The notes beneath the pieces are model-generated. The model was not told the DNA's origin. It did not search any database and saw nothing but the letters and a program-made list of their open reading frames with translations. Of a stretch of 64,000 nucleotides of DNA, positions 1 through 13,584 are shown in pieces. Source of the DNA: Lepidodermella squamata (taxonomy: Eukaryota > Animalia > Gastrotricha); the NCBI GenBank assembly GCA_047495785.1, contig JBLDXI010000013.1, positions 62,001 to 126,000 on the forward strand, given 5' to 3'. The translations under genes were made by a program, and so were the position numbers. Every line of letters begins with the position of its first letter. The stretch's first letter is position 1.

Positions 1-1299
1 AAAGCAATTTTGATCAAATTTGCAGAATAAAAACCGAAACGGATCTTGGCTAGCGGCATCAGCAAATAAAGCTTCAAATATTACGCTGTTCCGCGTAGAC
101 GCCCCCAGAGCCATTGAGCGCATGCGTTTTTAAATGTTTTCCATGACACATTCAGCAACTGGGAATAGGACGAAGCCAGTAAAGTGGGCGACCAATGTCC
201 CAATGGCATGCAAGTTAATTGAATGCGCTAATTGATTCGGCGACACGGTAAGTGCATTTTCACTGTCAGATCTGAGAACAAAACGCTGAAAAAGCAAGCA
301 GTTGATTGGCTTTGGTTATGCATGCCTATACGATCTGCACATCGCTATAGCGATACCTATGAGCGAGCATTGCGTTTAATGAATTTCAAAAATTTCCATG
401 GAGAGTGAAAGGCGCACGCCGGCTCCAGCGCCTGAAGATATATAGAAAAGAGAAGAGAATAATTATCCTCAATTCGCAAATTGACGCAATTTGGCCGTAG
501 CTTTTTCCAAAGCGCAAAAAGTCACTATTTCGTCGAGCAAGCGGAAAAAATGCTACGTCCATAACCGGGCGAAAATGACTTTTTGACGGATTCGTAATCT
601 ACTCATCGCACTCTACAATAATTTGAAAACCCAGTTTCATAATTCCTCATGGATTAATGAGCTATATCCACTGGGGTCGTCGTTTTACGAGGTCATTTTT
701 TCGATGGGCCAAGCCCACAGCATGGAGCCAAGTCCACGCAAAAAATGAATGTTCACACACAAAAATGAACCAACATGGCGCTTAACGCCAGAAATAGCTA
801 CCAAGCTGGAACAGCGTAACAAAATGCAGCGGCTATATGATCGCACACGCGACCCACAAGTCAAGAACAATTGCAATAGGCTGTAAATAAACAGATTGAA
901 CATTTAATTATAGCTCAAAAAATCAAGCGATGTGAAGTCTTTCACAGAAGACTGGTAAAAGTTGTTGAGGAAAACCAGCCAAGACCAGCGGGGCAAGTCG
1001 TGAATTCAAAGCTGTCATCGCGACGACGCCACCGCAAGATCGCTGTACTGCGAGAAACGCTCTCGCACCAAATGTCATTGACGACGGCGAAAAGTGTGAG
1101 TTACTTGCCGAAACGTTCCCTTCGGTTCTGAAAGGTCCTTCCAGTTACGTCTACCAAACCAGAAGATATCAATTTCCGGAAGGACGCAGATAAAAATAAA
1201 ATCAGAATTATGCCAATGCATCGTAAAAATTATCGGCGACCATGTTTTTAAATATAGCATTCGCTCAAAAAATATAGTGTTAGTACCCATGCGCATGCG

Positions 1300-1454
1300 A
1301 TATTTATAGATATAGTACTCGTAATTCATTCATATCTGGATTCTCCGCACTCGATTTGGCCATGCCGACTCGGCTCCGCCTCGTCAGCATGCCCACATCT
1401 CGTGCTACGAATCCTAGATATGAATAAAAAACTCGTACAATATCATACAAATAT
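1300..1454. repeat. ~155-bp imperfect palindrome (long hairpin)
   Basis: The left arm ATATTTATAGATATAGTAC...TTCATATCTGGATTC..GCAC.CGAT.TGG.CATGC.GAC pairs with the right arm GTC.GCATG.CCA.ATC..GTGC..GAATCC.AGATATGAA...GTACAATATCATACAAATAT around a central CGGCTCCGCC. Confidence 0.8.
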
Positions 1455-2549
1455 AGCTCACATCAATGATATTCACGAGTGAAAGATTCATTGCTAATAT
1501 ACGCTGATAATCACAAACTTGTCCCATTAGCAAAAGGCTTAGAAATTTCACCAATTAGCTAAAAATTTGCAAATGGGTTCATCAGGCTCCCTAATGACGA
1601 AATAAACACAAAATTGAAAATCCGAGCATTGAAAATGTGGGGGTCACGAAGATTCGAACCTGAGGCGCCCGTAAATCATGTTTTCACACGATAAACGCAA
1701 AAAGCACCCATTTCTGCCTGTGGCCCAAGAAGTACGAATCCTACAAGAAAGTGGATTGCGCCATTCGAAAGAGCGGGGTCGATTACCCCCTTACAGCATC
1801 GTAGACATCTTTTACTAGGAATTGTGATGTTGTGAGATTTTCAACTACGTAAAAATACGTTTTTCGATTTATCTCGAAAATTCGTTTTGTGGACATAGCA
1901 CTTTTTCCCGAACGCACGATCATTCAAACCAAGAATTTAACTTTAATGTACAACGAAATGCTGGGTAGTTCCCTAAAGCAGTCATCAGTATGCTGCTGAA
2001 ATCCATCAGCCTTCAGCTGAAATTTAGAAAGAACCATACATGAGGAAAGAAGATAGAGGGTGCTAGCCAGATTCAATGTTTTCCGTGATGAAGTACGAAC
2101 TTTTTTTCTATAATATTTTCTTATGAGAAAGAAGAAATTCGGTTTTAGATATCAGTGGAGATCGTTGAAAATCTGCAATACGGTAACCGGCATTGCGTGA
2201 ATATCGAGTAGTAGAATAGTAGTCATGCATTTCATACTTTCCTAATCCTCGTGCATTTTGCGGACGGGGTGGGTGAGGATTATAACCTGAACTGCTATTA
2301 TGTCAATCAGTGATACATATTATGATGGATGCAGATGCGTACTAAATAAATCATCAAATAATAGCAAGTCGACGGTGTTTAATGAGCGACGAGCGGCGAC
2401 ATTTATATCCTTTCTTTCTCTATCTTCCGCTCTATTTCTTCCTTCAATCTTCCACTCTCTTTCTTCCAATAGACCTGTGTGATCTTCCATTTTCCCCTAT
2501 TTAATAGGAAAATTCTGGCGTCAATTCCTACGTCATTCAGATCTATACC

Positions 2550-2962
2550 CAGTGTTTGAGATTTGATTGATATTTGAGGCATTTTTTAGAGCTATGAATT
2601 TGGATTATTTGATTTGGAAATTGACGATTTGATTTTTAGGGCAAAGATTTGAATCAACTCGTCGAAAATTTTCCCGAAGATTTCGAGGTTTCGCTCAGGC
2701 CACCATTTAGCTTGCAAAAATTGCTTCCCTATTCGTAGAAATGTCATAATATTTGACACCCTATTCAACCGAGTGTAACTCGCAACAGTTCTAAAAGAGC
2801 TAACACCTCATAATCGGCTCGGATATGCTTGTCTTTTATCGCGCAATGCAGCGAAGGTTCAAAAACGAAGGTTCCTTGTGATTTGAATTTTCTGGAAAAT
2901 ATTTGATTTGCCGTCCTAAAGATTTAGGCCTAAAATCGAAATCAATCAAATCCCAAACACTA
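2550..2962. mobile_element. hAT-like MITE
   Basis: TIRs are CAGTGTTTGAGATTTGATTGAT and ATCAATCAAATCCCAAACACTA. The flanks TCTATACC and CCCATACC match at 6/8, a degenerate 8-bp TSD. There is no ORF. Confidence 0.65.
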
Positions 2963-3787
2963 CCCATACCATAGCCCATTCCAACAAATTAGATTTTAAG
3001 CCGGCCCCGATTGAGCACAAACTATGTAATTTTATCCAGTTGGTGTACACTTTCGAGAAAATGACCGTGTAAACCGAACACAAGAGCTAAGAAAAGGTTC
3101 CGAAGGGTCCGAGTTCCCAAGCACCGAAATTTATCAAGTAACGTCTAACTTCAAAATGCTCTCGAAAACATCCTCAAATGTGAAAAATAGTTTTAGAACC
3201 CATCGGTAGGCTTTGTTCTTTATGACGAAGCTGAAGCTGGCTGAACCAGGCGAACATGGCCATTCAATTACATCAGTCCGCCAGAACGTATCCGTCACCT
3301 CTTATCAAGTATCAGAAATGTACACCTGACGTCACCTATCGCACGCCAGTTCTTAGATCATGCTGATCGCAAATATCAAACTCTACCGATCCACTTTGAA
3401 TTTCTTGCGGTACCCGATGATTTGGAGAAGCTATGTTCATCGACTTTCTGTAGCCTGTAGCCTGTCCTTATAAATTTGCTTCACGAGCCATGTAGCTATC
3501 GGCGGGTTGAAGCGCGCAAAGTCGCTTATTACTTACTAATATAATGTCTGAATTATTACTGTCGTTCGGTTACATCATCCTGCTCATCGTCATAATTTCG
3601 TGGTTATCATCGAGCCTGCCGTGCGGCTGTGGTTGAAGTCCCGAACAGTCGGAGAGGGTGACCTGACAAACCTGATGTTCTTGTTATTTCTGCTCTTTTT
3701 TATATGGTTTCACATGCGTGCGCACTGCTCTCTGATGTGCGAGTGGAAAGCCGTCTGATTCCTATATTGCCTTATTCTTATTCTGTG

Positions 3788-3850
3788 GAAGAAGAAGAAG
3801 AAGAAGAAGAAGGAAGAAGGGAATGGAAGAAAAAGAGAGGGAAGAGGAAG
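3788..3850 (+). repeat. (GAA)n / purine-rich microsatellite
   Basis: Direct GAA run that degenerates into GA-rich sequence. Confidence 0.9.
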
Positions 3851-6230
3851 AATATTGTGAGACTGCTTCTTGGTGTCATTTTTTAATGAGCCCGGTTGTT
3901 ACAGCAGGTTCTGCTTTCTGTAGTCTACCTGGTTTCTTCCATCGCATTTTTTGCATAAAGTATGTGCGCTTTTTATATTATTATAACAATATCATTGGAA
4001 ATTGGCATTGGAAATAAAGCAGAGATTATGAAGTTTACAAGGTCCGCTTTTTCCCTTTTGGTTGACTATAATAAGTGAATTACCTGGTTTCCATAAAAAT
4101 CATGTTGTGTTTTTAACTTTTATGGCAAACAGCCGCAAAAACAATAACAAGTTATGTAAAGATGAATTACGTACGAGCGCGCAGCTAGTGCCAAGAGCTT
4201 GGAGATGACTTAAATTTTATGTACAACCAAGGCGTGACAATTATTTCGACAACACGGCGTAATTTAGGAAGGTTATTCGAAAATATCGCTTTTTATTGTT
4301 TGCGTTTGATCACAAGTTTTGAAATTAGGTTCCACGAAAAGATATATTCTGCTTTTCTTCTATTTTTCAGTTGCCAAAACTGCAGATGAAATTTCCTCCA
4401 TTCAGGGTACAGGGTACCCATTATTTATACGGTCACATTAACCTGACACACAGCTGCTATCCATATCACACGTCGTGGGACGATAAGAAATTCTTACCAT
4501 TATACCTAACCCTACGATTATTATATTTGCGTGGGCTTTAATTTGGCGCATTATATCATGTGTTATTGTTATTTTGCAAGGGGCTTATCGCATTCCTTGA
4601 CTGTGATTCAATATAGAGGATAGTTATATCAAACAATAGCTATGACTTTTTTGCATTGGATATTAACTTGTGTTGTTATTAGCCTGATTGTGGTTCTGCG
4701 ACAATCTTACAGGTAGTGCAGGTAGCATTAGGCGGCAACGGCGGCGGCGGCGGCAGTAGCGGCGGCACCTTATTCCGGTTATGTGCGGCGCGATGGCTGT
4801 GCAGTGACAAGCATCGCCGTCTAAAATCTCATTTACCAGCAGTAAGTATAAGAGCATAGAGCGCACAACAACGACGCGAAGACGACAGGTGCCTGTTTTT
4901 TTCGCGTAGAAAAGAGGCGAGCCGCACTATCGATCGCCAAAATAGCAGATCGATTGAGAAATGCACAGCATCATCATAGCGCGCGGCGAAATCACGCAGC
5001 TGTAGAGCACAGTTCTAGCGGCGATACGAGTCGCGAGCGTGCGCTGCGACTCGGCACGGCGCACGTCGCAATGATTTTGCGAGTGCGCAAGGCGAGCCCA
5101 CAGGCACAACCGACGTATCGCTCTAATTTCTGTCGGGCCGTTATTACTCGATGAAAAGCTTTTGATTTGCGCGAGCGGCGGTCGATCCGGCTGCTGCTTT
5201 TTTACCATGTTCAGTGTCCGTCAGAACCCGTGTGGTCTGCTACTGCCGTTGTGTCTTCGCTTTTTTTCATCGACTCGCCGCCGCAGAGCTGGCGACAAAC
5301 GGCCTCTTCGCCGCCATCGCCGTCGCCCTTGTCGTCGTCGATGACATGCCTATCGCCGGCTTCTCGCTGCATGACGTCTCGGCGGGCCTCTTACATGCCG
5401 CCACTCAGTGACGGCTAATAATATCGCGTTTAATTCCTGTCGCATACTTACAGCCTGATCCATATTCAACACACAGCTTATTATTCTAGATTATTTATTA
5501 TTCCGCCGAAGCAGCTGCGCGCGCCGCATCTTGCTGTTATTCCCGTGTCTACTATCTTCCACCTTTTTAACGCGTTCATCTTCGATACAGCCATAATTGA
5601 TCAGCGAATGTCACCTGCTGCGGTCGCGTCAATCTAGAGCTTTTTACTTCTACTGCCGAAATTGCCGGCGTCATTTACTCTTTTACGAGAACAAACAAGC
5701 ATACGTAAAGCTTGCGAATGCCAGTATAGCGGAGCGTGTCGCAATCTCAGTTTTTTCTGCGCCGGCGTCGCCGCCGCAAATGGCGCTGTTTGTCGAGTAT
5801 CCATCGATGTATCAGCTTGTTATACTACGTTCAGCACGCCGATAATGACTCGATCGCCCATGCTTTGCGCTTCGCCATGACGCGAACAAATCAGCCAAGC
5901 CCGACGCAGCACGGCTGATATAGATATCGAAAAAATGGGCCGTGTCGGCGGGCTCAATCAAACCGACAGCCATTAACTCTGACTGACTTCGTTTCGTTAT
6001 TATAATCGCGTTATTATCCGCCATTAAGACAGCGTGGCTGATTTATTTCTAATTTTTTTCTCGCTCAAATAGGCTCAATTTCAATTTAGTGTTGCTCATC
6101 ACCCATCCAGATATTTGGTCATTTCGGGAAAAAATTTCGGCTTAGCAGCTATGGTGTAGATGCGCTGCGAAACATCGCTGCCTGTACAGGTATCTATTTA
6201 TATCGTGTGTTGTCAGCTGCTTTCTCGTGA

Positions 6231-9200
6231 ATGCCAACGCCTTCGCCTCACGCTCAAGCCGTTCTAGACGAGTGCATCCGCCAGGGTGCGGCCATCGCTG
6301 CTACGCAAGATGCACCTTGTAAGTTTTTTAACAAAGCTTCAAACGCATTTAGGTTAACTGTAATCCTTTCCCAGGCGGGATGTACACATCAAGCATCCTG
6401 AAATCGCTAGGTCTCACATTTCAGGGCCTTGTCATGGCGTTATCGCTAGTTTTCGCGGTGATAACTGCGATAGCGAATTCAGGTGCAGCGAAATCACAGG
6501 TTGATCATTGATATTTTCAATATTATATACTACTATACTTGAATATTTATTACAGTTTTTGATAAAAATGCGGTCAAGAATGAACCTGCCTTTCTTTCTC
6601 GGTGCCTGCATAGCCTACGGATCGGTAATATTTTCTGTTACAGATGGAATAGCTATGATGAAGCCACGTTCAAAAATTAAGAGTGCCTAGGAAAAGGATA
6701 ATTGACATTTATGGCTGATTTTCTAAAAATTAGCAAAGCATAATTTTGAAATATTTATTGATTTTTTTCTGGCAGCTGATATTCATCTACCAAGGCCCAC
6801 ACCTTCCGACATTAATATGCGCATATTGGATGCGTGAAATTGGCTTCGCCATCCATTACGGTGCCGTATTTCTCAAAGTGCTTAGGTGAGAATACATTTG
6901 CTTCGTATGGTTACGGAGTTGAGTAAATATTGTTATTTTATGCCTTAAATTACTTCGGCACAATAGTGAACTTCGATATCGACCTCAATTGCGGCTAGAA
7001 CGCATTTCGACTGCTGCTCTGGAAGATGGTGCCGTGGCAAGTAGCCACTCTTTATCGGCAGCGGCACCGGGCGGCGTGGCAGCCAAGAATTCGGCGCGAC
7101 AGGGCGGACCCGCAGGCCAGTCTCTGCTGGCCTCCACTCAGGTGGCGACGCATCACCAATGGCTCCGAGCCTCTGATAAGCTGAACCAGACGAGGCTCAA
7201 CAAAAGTTCTCTACTCAACTTCATTTATATTCTGCTGGTTCCGGTGGTCGCTCTCAGGTAAAAATATCTTTGCTTTTCAATTCAATTTGAATGATTCCTC
7301 AGCAAATCACTTCAAAGAGCGACGCTAGTCGTACTAATATACGTGTCATGAGTCAAATAAGCAATTCAGTTGGGTCGGAAATCCTACCCCGTTTAATAAG
7401 CAAACTTTAAAAAAACTAGATTTTATAAGGCAATCAGACACAATTATTGAGCAAACATTACCTTGCTGGAAAGAGGCTTAATTTTGAACAACCAACTCGA
7501 TGGATAGCGCCAAACATTGTCAACACGTCTATTTGTAAACATCGAGTAGCGCTATGCTTGAGTAATTGCCATTTGGGCGCAATTAAAGAGACAGAGGCGA
7601 GGAAACCACTCCCGACCTTCAGGGTTGGGTTCTCAACATGGTAGATGAACTGCGTAAAATGTTGTCATTTACCTGAACTAAGTTATGGGCGATTTATTGC
7701 AGTTATTTTTTTACTGGATGCTGTGGTAATTCATGGGCGAACCGCGCTTTTATTTCTATTTTTTTTTAAATAACGACCAAACATATGGCAGATTGAATCC
7801 GTATAGAAGTTGGATATTGCCTTTCCAATCCAAGGTGCAATATATTTGCTCCAACTGAAACAATAAGTCGAGATGAAGGAAAACATGTCTATTGTTTGCT
7901 GATTCCTTATTTATTTATATAATTGAGCGTCATCTTTGACGGTTGAATGTAACCGGATGTGCATTTGTACGAATTTTCTTGCAGCGTATGGACAGCTTCA
8001 TTCGCGGCGTTGCCACCGGCGGCCGCGCGGCGCGCTCTCTGCTTCGCGCAGCCGTGGACGTACGTTATCGAGGCATTCGAGCTCGTCTTCATCGCCTTCA
8101 ACCTAGTGCTTTCTATTCGGATCGTCCACAAGGGTGGCCAGTCGCCACGCATGTACGGCCCTCTGTTCGAAATCAAACTGTTTAAACTGCTGGCAGTTCT
8201 GCTCGCCAATGAATTCGTTTTCTCGGCTGTTTTCTACTTCATTAGACATGCTACCGCCTGGTACGCTTCGTCTGACATGTTAGTTGGCCAGTTTTTTTTA
8301 AATTACTATTGATTAAGGAAATTTTCTCATATTAGGATGGCGCTGGCGCACATGCTGCGCGATAATTTAACGTTGACGCTGAACCTTACAGCGATATTCA
8401 TATTCAAAGTGGCGATCCGCGGCGGCCAGATGGGCAGCCGCACTAACTTGTCGGCGAAAACGACCGTGACAGCCAATAAGGTGGCATCCTCGGCCGGAGG
8501 CTCTGTGCTCGGCGTCAACTCAGTGGCAACCAACAGCAAAGCACCTTCTCTAAGCACAATGCACGAGGTTGCGGCTCGAGCACCGCCCGTCGATGAGCCG
8601 CTGGAGATGGCCGCAGAGGTAGCTGAGCTGAAGCGCGAGCTGAAACGAGTGCAGATGCAGGCCGAGTATTATCGCGTCAAGGCCATGCGTGTCAACAATC
8701 CTCATATTCCCAGTGCTTCAGTTGGTAGCTCCAAACAGCCTGGTTCGCCCGGCGCTAATAATAAGCGGCGAGATGTAAGTTTTCACAAGTTTTCACTCCT
8801 TCAGTTGAAAATCGAGCGCCTGTTTCTAATTTTTCCACCGGTTGCGATTAACCGGCAATTTAGACGAAGTGCAGAGTCTCCAAATGCAGGTACAAGGCTT
8901 AACTTGTAATTACCTGTCATTAAAATCTCAAAATGTTACCAGCTTTGATATGGAATTCAAACCAGAGAATTTCTTGTAGTTCTGTGCGTAAGGTTCAAGT
9001 TCGCGATAAAGCGCGGATTGTAGAATTCCACCTTTAAACGGTGTGTTACGTAGCTTCGTGAATAGCCTTACAAAAAGAACCCGTAGACGCCTGAAAATTA
9101 AGTAGAATCTATTGTTCTATCTGCTATCGCAGGCGAAATTTAGGCTGCGTAATAAACCTCGGGGTATAAAAGTGAACCAAAATAATGCGCAATTTTCGGT

Positions 9201-10715
9201 GAAGCAACCGATCATGAGCAAAGCAACGCTATAAAACATCAAAGATCATGATATCAATATTCAAATAACGCGAAGCACAAAGCAATCTGGGTTTTGAAGA
9301 AGTGTTTTTAGAATTGTAATTGAATACCTAGTTAAAATGTAGAAATAGGAAATAGGTATCGCCCATTTCCGCAATAAAAGGTTTATTTTTATTTACGCTG
9401 GTGTGTTGGTACGAGTCTTCATTTGGCGGTAATTATTTACCGCAAAGCACCAACAGCGCGCAAAAAAGCGTCTACCGTACTGCCCGAAAAAAAGCCAGCC
9501 CCAAATAAATGTCAGAGGTTGGAGGTCGTTCGAAATAATAAATGTCAGGCCCGAAATAAATGTCAGGTCAATTGCAGGGACTATACTGAAGATCACTAAT
9601 GAGGTCATTATAGCCATTCTGAATGGAGATAATATCTACTCTTGGCTTATAGAAAGGTCAGGGACCAATTTTTGGTTCAAAATACGTAGAATCTCAGGAA
9701 AATATATGCCATTTTGGTACCCAGGCAAGTTACTAGTTGGTTCGAATAAATAAATGTCAGGCCCGAAATAAATGTCATTCCATTTTAAATGTCAGGGGTT
9801 CATCAGCGTTTGAAAAAAAAACAAATGTCATGGTTTTAATTCCGGGCAGTACGGTAAATATTCCCTCTAAATATAATTGAGGTTCCAGCACTAAATTAGA
9901 GGATCTTGACGCTTGGCGCTATAATTTCCGATTTTTTGCGATTTTCGTTCAATTTTGTACATCTTAAAATGACCGCCGAGAGCGCAAAATGTGCGTGACA
10001 GAGAGATCTATGTCTTAACCTGATAATAATAAAAATTTGAGATTCTAGGGAAGACGTGAATCTCGAAAATCCTTATCTTGGGAAAGTCTAGTGCTGCAGT
10101 CTCAAATTCGGCGCTGGAACTTTAAATTTGGGGTATAAACTTGACCCACCCTCAAAAATACTTACCGCGCAAGAGTACAACAGTGAAAAATTACCTTCGA
10201 GTAGAGAGTTATACCGAAGCGCTTGCGTTGAGAAAGATATTATAATTTTTTTCCAATCTGGAGGCCGCTAGCAATCTTGGGGAAGATGAAGACAAAACAC
10301 TAGATTTCATTAAGCTAACACTCTGGTTTCATTTCAAGATGGAACTTTAAATGTGGGCCCTAATATCTTTGTTCGCTCATTAAGCTGCGGATTTTTTACG
10401 CAGTATTCTTCTTATTGAGTAGATATAAGTGAAAATGATGTATCGTTTGTCGTATAATACCATTCTTGAAGAAAATAGTGACTATACGCATTTGTCCTAT
10501 ATGATAGTATTTTCTTGCTTGTGTCATTTTAGGTTTCTGACAATTTTTTACCTGTATAATAATGTTTCATTTCTTTTTCACAGTCTGGTAAACAGCCGAC
10601 TGAACGGCCTCCGAGCGTTAACAGCGCCTCTGTTTTGAATCGTGGATCGACAGCAGCCGCTGCACCATTGAAGAGCAGCTTGAAGCAGCCACATATGTCG
10701 TCATCGCAACACTAA
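6231..10715 (+). CDS. GPR158/GPR179 (Drosophila Smog)-like class C GPCR: 7TM domain plus C-terminal coiled coil
   Basis: Phase-consistent GT-AG exons are 6231-6318, 6375-6499, 6556-6624, 6776-6885, 6967-7257, 7985-8278, 8336-8774 and 10584-10715. The product contains DAPC...SILKSLGLTFQGLVM, YWMREIGFAIHYGAVFLK, CFAQPWTYVIEAFELVF, AVLLANEFVFSAVFYFIR, NLTLTLNLTAIFIFK and ELKRVQMQAEYYRVKAMRVNNPHI. These match recalled GPR158 segments (DSPC..FQALCM, RWARLLGFATVYG, HNELIISAIF, ELKKLYAQLEIYKRKKMITNNPHL). The true start codon is uncertain. Confidence 0.85.
9475..9854. mobile_element. Tc1/mariner-pogo-type MITE in the last GPCR intron
   Basis: TA|CCGTACTGCCCG...CGGGCAGTACGG|TA gives a TIR with a TA TSD. 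AAATAAATGTCAG is repeated subterminally. Confidence 0.85.
9878..10350. mobile_element. Dispersed repeat, possibly a Kolobok-like MITE (related copy at ~49796-50200)
   Basis: The ends GAGGTTCCAGC and GATGGAACTTTAA are inverted, and the right end abuts TTAA. The internal block AGCGCAAAAT..GCGT...AGATCTAT...TGAGATTC.AG.GAAGA...TAGTGCTGCA recurs at ~50060-50190. Confidence 0.5.
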
Positions 10716-12400
10716 CAAATCGTGATCGCAAGCCGACATTCTATTGAGTCTTCCGCTTTCCGATACACTTGGAAAGATGTATACGTCCGAACTGGTTGAC
10801 AGTTATATCGGCCAGACTTGTTCGGCACTTTTCCTAACACACTCTTCCGCCTGAAGCCAGAAGCAGTTTATTAAATAGTCTAGCTTTAACGAGATGTAAT
10901 CAAAATTCGTGTTACAAGACGCATCTCCTCCCCTTCGACGCCAAAATATCTTTCTGCCGCGTGCCTTCTCCTAGAGAAGTCCATGTAACTTTCATATTAT
11001 TTGGAGAGGGCGCCTCAGTATAGATCGGCTGTCGGCCATTGTTAACTACACCATGCTTGCTTAAATTTTCAAATGGAAACTTATCATCTTAACATTTTCA
11101 TAACAAGATGCAAGTTATTCGGCCGAAGTAATATCACGTGGATCAGTTATGGCGGATATTCCTGCGTCGTAAAATATCTTGTTTTGTAGTGATGAGGAAG
11201 CTGAGGAATGAGCTGTGTATAATACTGTATACCAAAAATTATTATCTTTTTCGATAGCGATGGTGTTTTTTAAACATCGTATTTTTATACCGGCCTAGCG
11301 CGAAGTGATATACAAACGTTTGAAAAATAAAAAAGCACAAGATTATCAAACCAATCTTATTTTTAATTTTCTTTGCGAATGTCACATGATATAAATAGGT
11401 ATAAGGTATAAGTTTATCTCGTTACGTTATGCTAACCATCACGGTAACTGATGAATTCAAATATTATTTTTACAGTTGCTATTTAATATGCAAATTTTCC
11501 AATTTATATTTCTGTTTTTCATAGGAAATCATCGAATCGCGATGCAGACGCAGAGCTGTCGCTTAAATGTGATATATGTAAAATCGGTAGCTTTTCACCC
11601 ATACCAAAAAGCCATCGAACACATAGAACTCTGAGGGTGAAAGTCTTCAAAATATTTTCAAAAGATGTTGTTACAACGTATTTCACAACGCTGCGTTTCT
11701 ATCCAATATTTACATAAAATCGAAGCGATGAAGCGCAGTCTCGAAGTCCACAGGAATCATAAACCAATGTTTAGATTTTAGTTCAGATTACGGGCTCTGT
11801 CGTACGATATACGATATTTGCGAAAAGATACTTCAGTTACAAATTCATACAAATAGTACAAAATACGCATCAATTGGAGTTACATAGTAATAATAAATGG
11901 TAATTTATTGAATAATACATCATATTTTTGGATATATATAAGCAAAATTATTACTTTAAAATTTTGAATCTTATTATACAAAATTGAGATCATCAAGGTG
12001 CTGTAAGCCGATCACTTTCTCAGATACTGAGATCAAATTTGCAGGGTATTCCGCACTAATAAAACGTCGCAAACATCCTTCAAAACGAAAATGATTACGA
12101 AAATGCACAACTTTGCGTTTTTCCAAGATAAAAAGAACCAAAAAATAATTTAGGCATTATAAAATCAAGGTGTTGAGATTTAGTAGTTTTAAAACATTCG
12201 CGTCTGAACGCTGACACGAGAAATCAACACAATAGCAATCATTAATACTGGCTCGATGATTTATATACTCGCGAGACTGAAACTGCTGTTATAAGAAATG
12301 CTTAGAAGCAATGTGTCTTTAGTTCTATGATGTCCGGTCAGATTTAGCGAATAGATATTTGATATATTTTTGACTATTGTGACCAGAGCGATGGAATTAT

Positions 12401-13552
12401 TCAATAATAGGGTGGAACGAGGCGGGAATGCTGTGGCTGTCCAGCCATTTGTACGGAACCAAGACCTACAGCGCCCAGCGAAGGATGGTGCAGACCTGCA
12501 GCTGCGGCGGGATGGTGATTGGCAAGACCAGCGGCATGGTGGCTGTGAGACGACGGTTGAGAAGCCCCCATCCAAGCCGCGGCCGCGTTATTTATTGCAC
12601 TGAGGCCAGGCCATTGCTGCCACGATTGCGGCCCAAGAAGGCCGTTCGCTGCCGAGCTGATCTGTGCCGCATGGGCGTTAACGATTGACGACAAGTGATG
12701 CGCCGCTGGATAGAAAAAGTCTTGAGTATAGCGGTGGTACGTAGCTGCGGCTGCGTCGAGGCTAGAAGCGGCGGCCACTGACGAAGTGCATGCGCTGTTA
12801 TTGTTCTGCAGGCACTGCGCCAGCGCTGTAAAGTCAAACTTGTACGCATAACGCTTGCCCTGAATCTTCGACATAATGTTTTTGTCGTAGTAGTAGCGGA
12901 GCGCTCGAGACAGCTTGTCGTAGTTCATGTTCGGTTTCGACTTTCGCTCACCCCAGCGCCGCGCCACCTCGTCAGGGTCGATCAGTTTGAACTCGCCATT
13001 GGTTCCTTCCCAGGCGATGCAGTTCGCATTTCGCGAGTCTGAAAGTAGTTCAAGCAAAAACTGCCACAGCTGGATTTGTCCGGAACCTTGCGACTTCCAC
13101 TGTTGGCCGCACAACGCAGCGACGCTGCTAGCAGGACTGGCAGCGGCTGCGGCAGCAGCAGCGGCTGAAAAATAAACAATAATGTTGAAGGTATGACTAC
13201 ATGCGAAATAAAGGCCAGCCATTTGAGCTTTGGGCGTTAGATCGACCCGAGTATTTAAAGCAATTTCAGGCAATAGTAATTTCAAATTTAGCAGATAGCT
13301 ACTATAAATATTATTCTAATCTAACCTGCTGCAACTGCTGCGGCTGTTGACTGATGCGACTGTGACGACGGTGATGTTCCGTGTTCATTTGAAACGTGTG
13401 TGCCGGGTGTGCCCGATGAGCATGATTGACTGCCGTCGCGTCCGTTGGTTCCTTGCACCGGGCCAGAGCGGCCGCCTGTGTTTCCGTTGATTGAAGACAA
13501 CCACTTCACACCGGCTGAGTTCTTCCAACACGCATCGTCGTAGCCCATCAAC

Positions 13553-13584
<32 letters not shown>

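Noticed and set aside
1635-1675. GGTTCGAATC B-box-like motif on the minus strand, suggesting a tRNA
   Set aside because: No cloverleaf, A-box or acceptor stem can be built.
4660-6030. Cluster of short GC-rich ORFs upstream of the GPCR
   Set aside because: They overlap on both strands, are low in complexity and show no recognisable domain or consistent splice path. Probably UTR or regulatory sequence.
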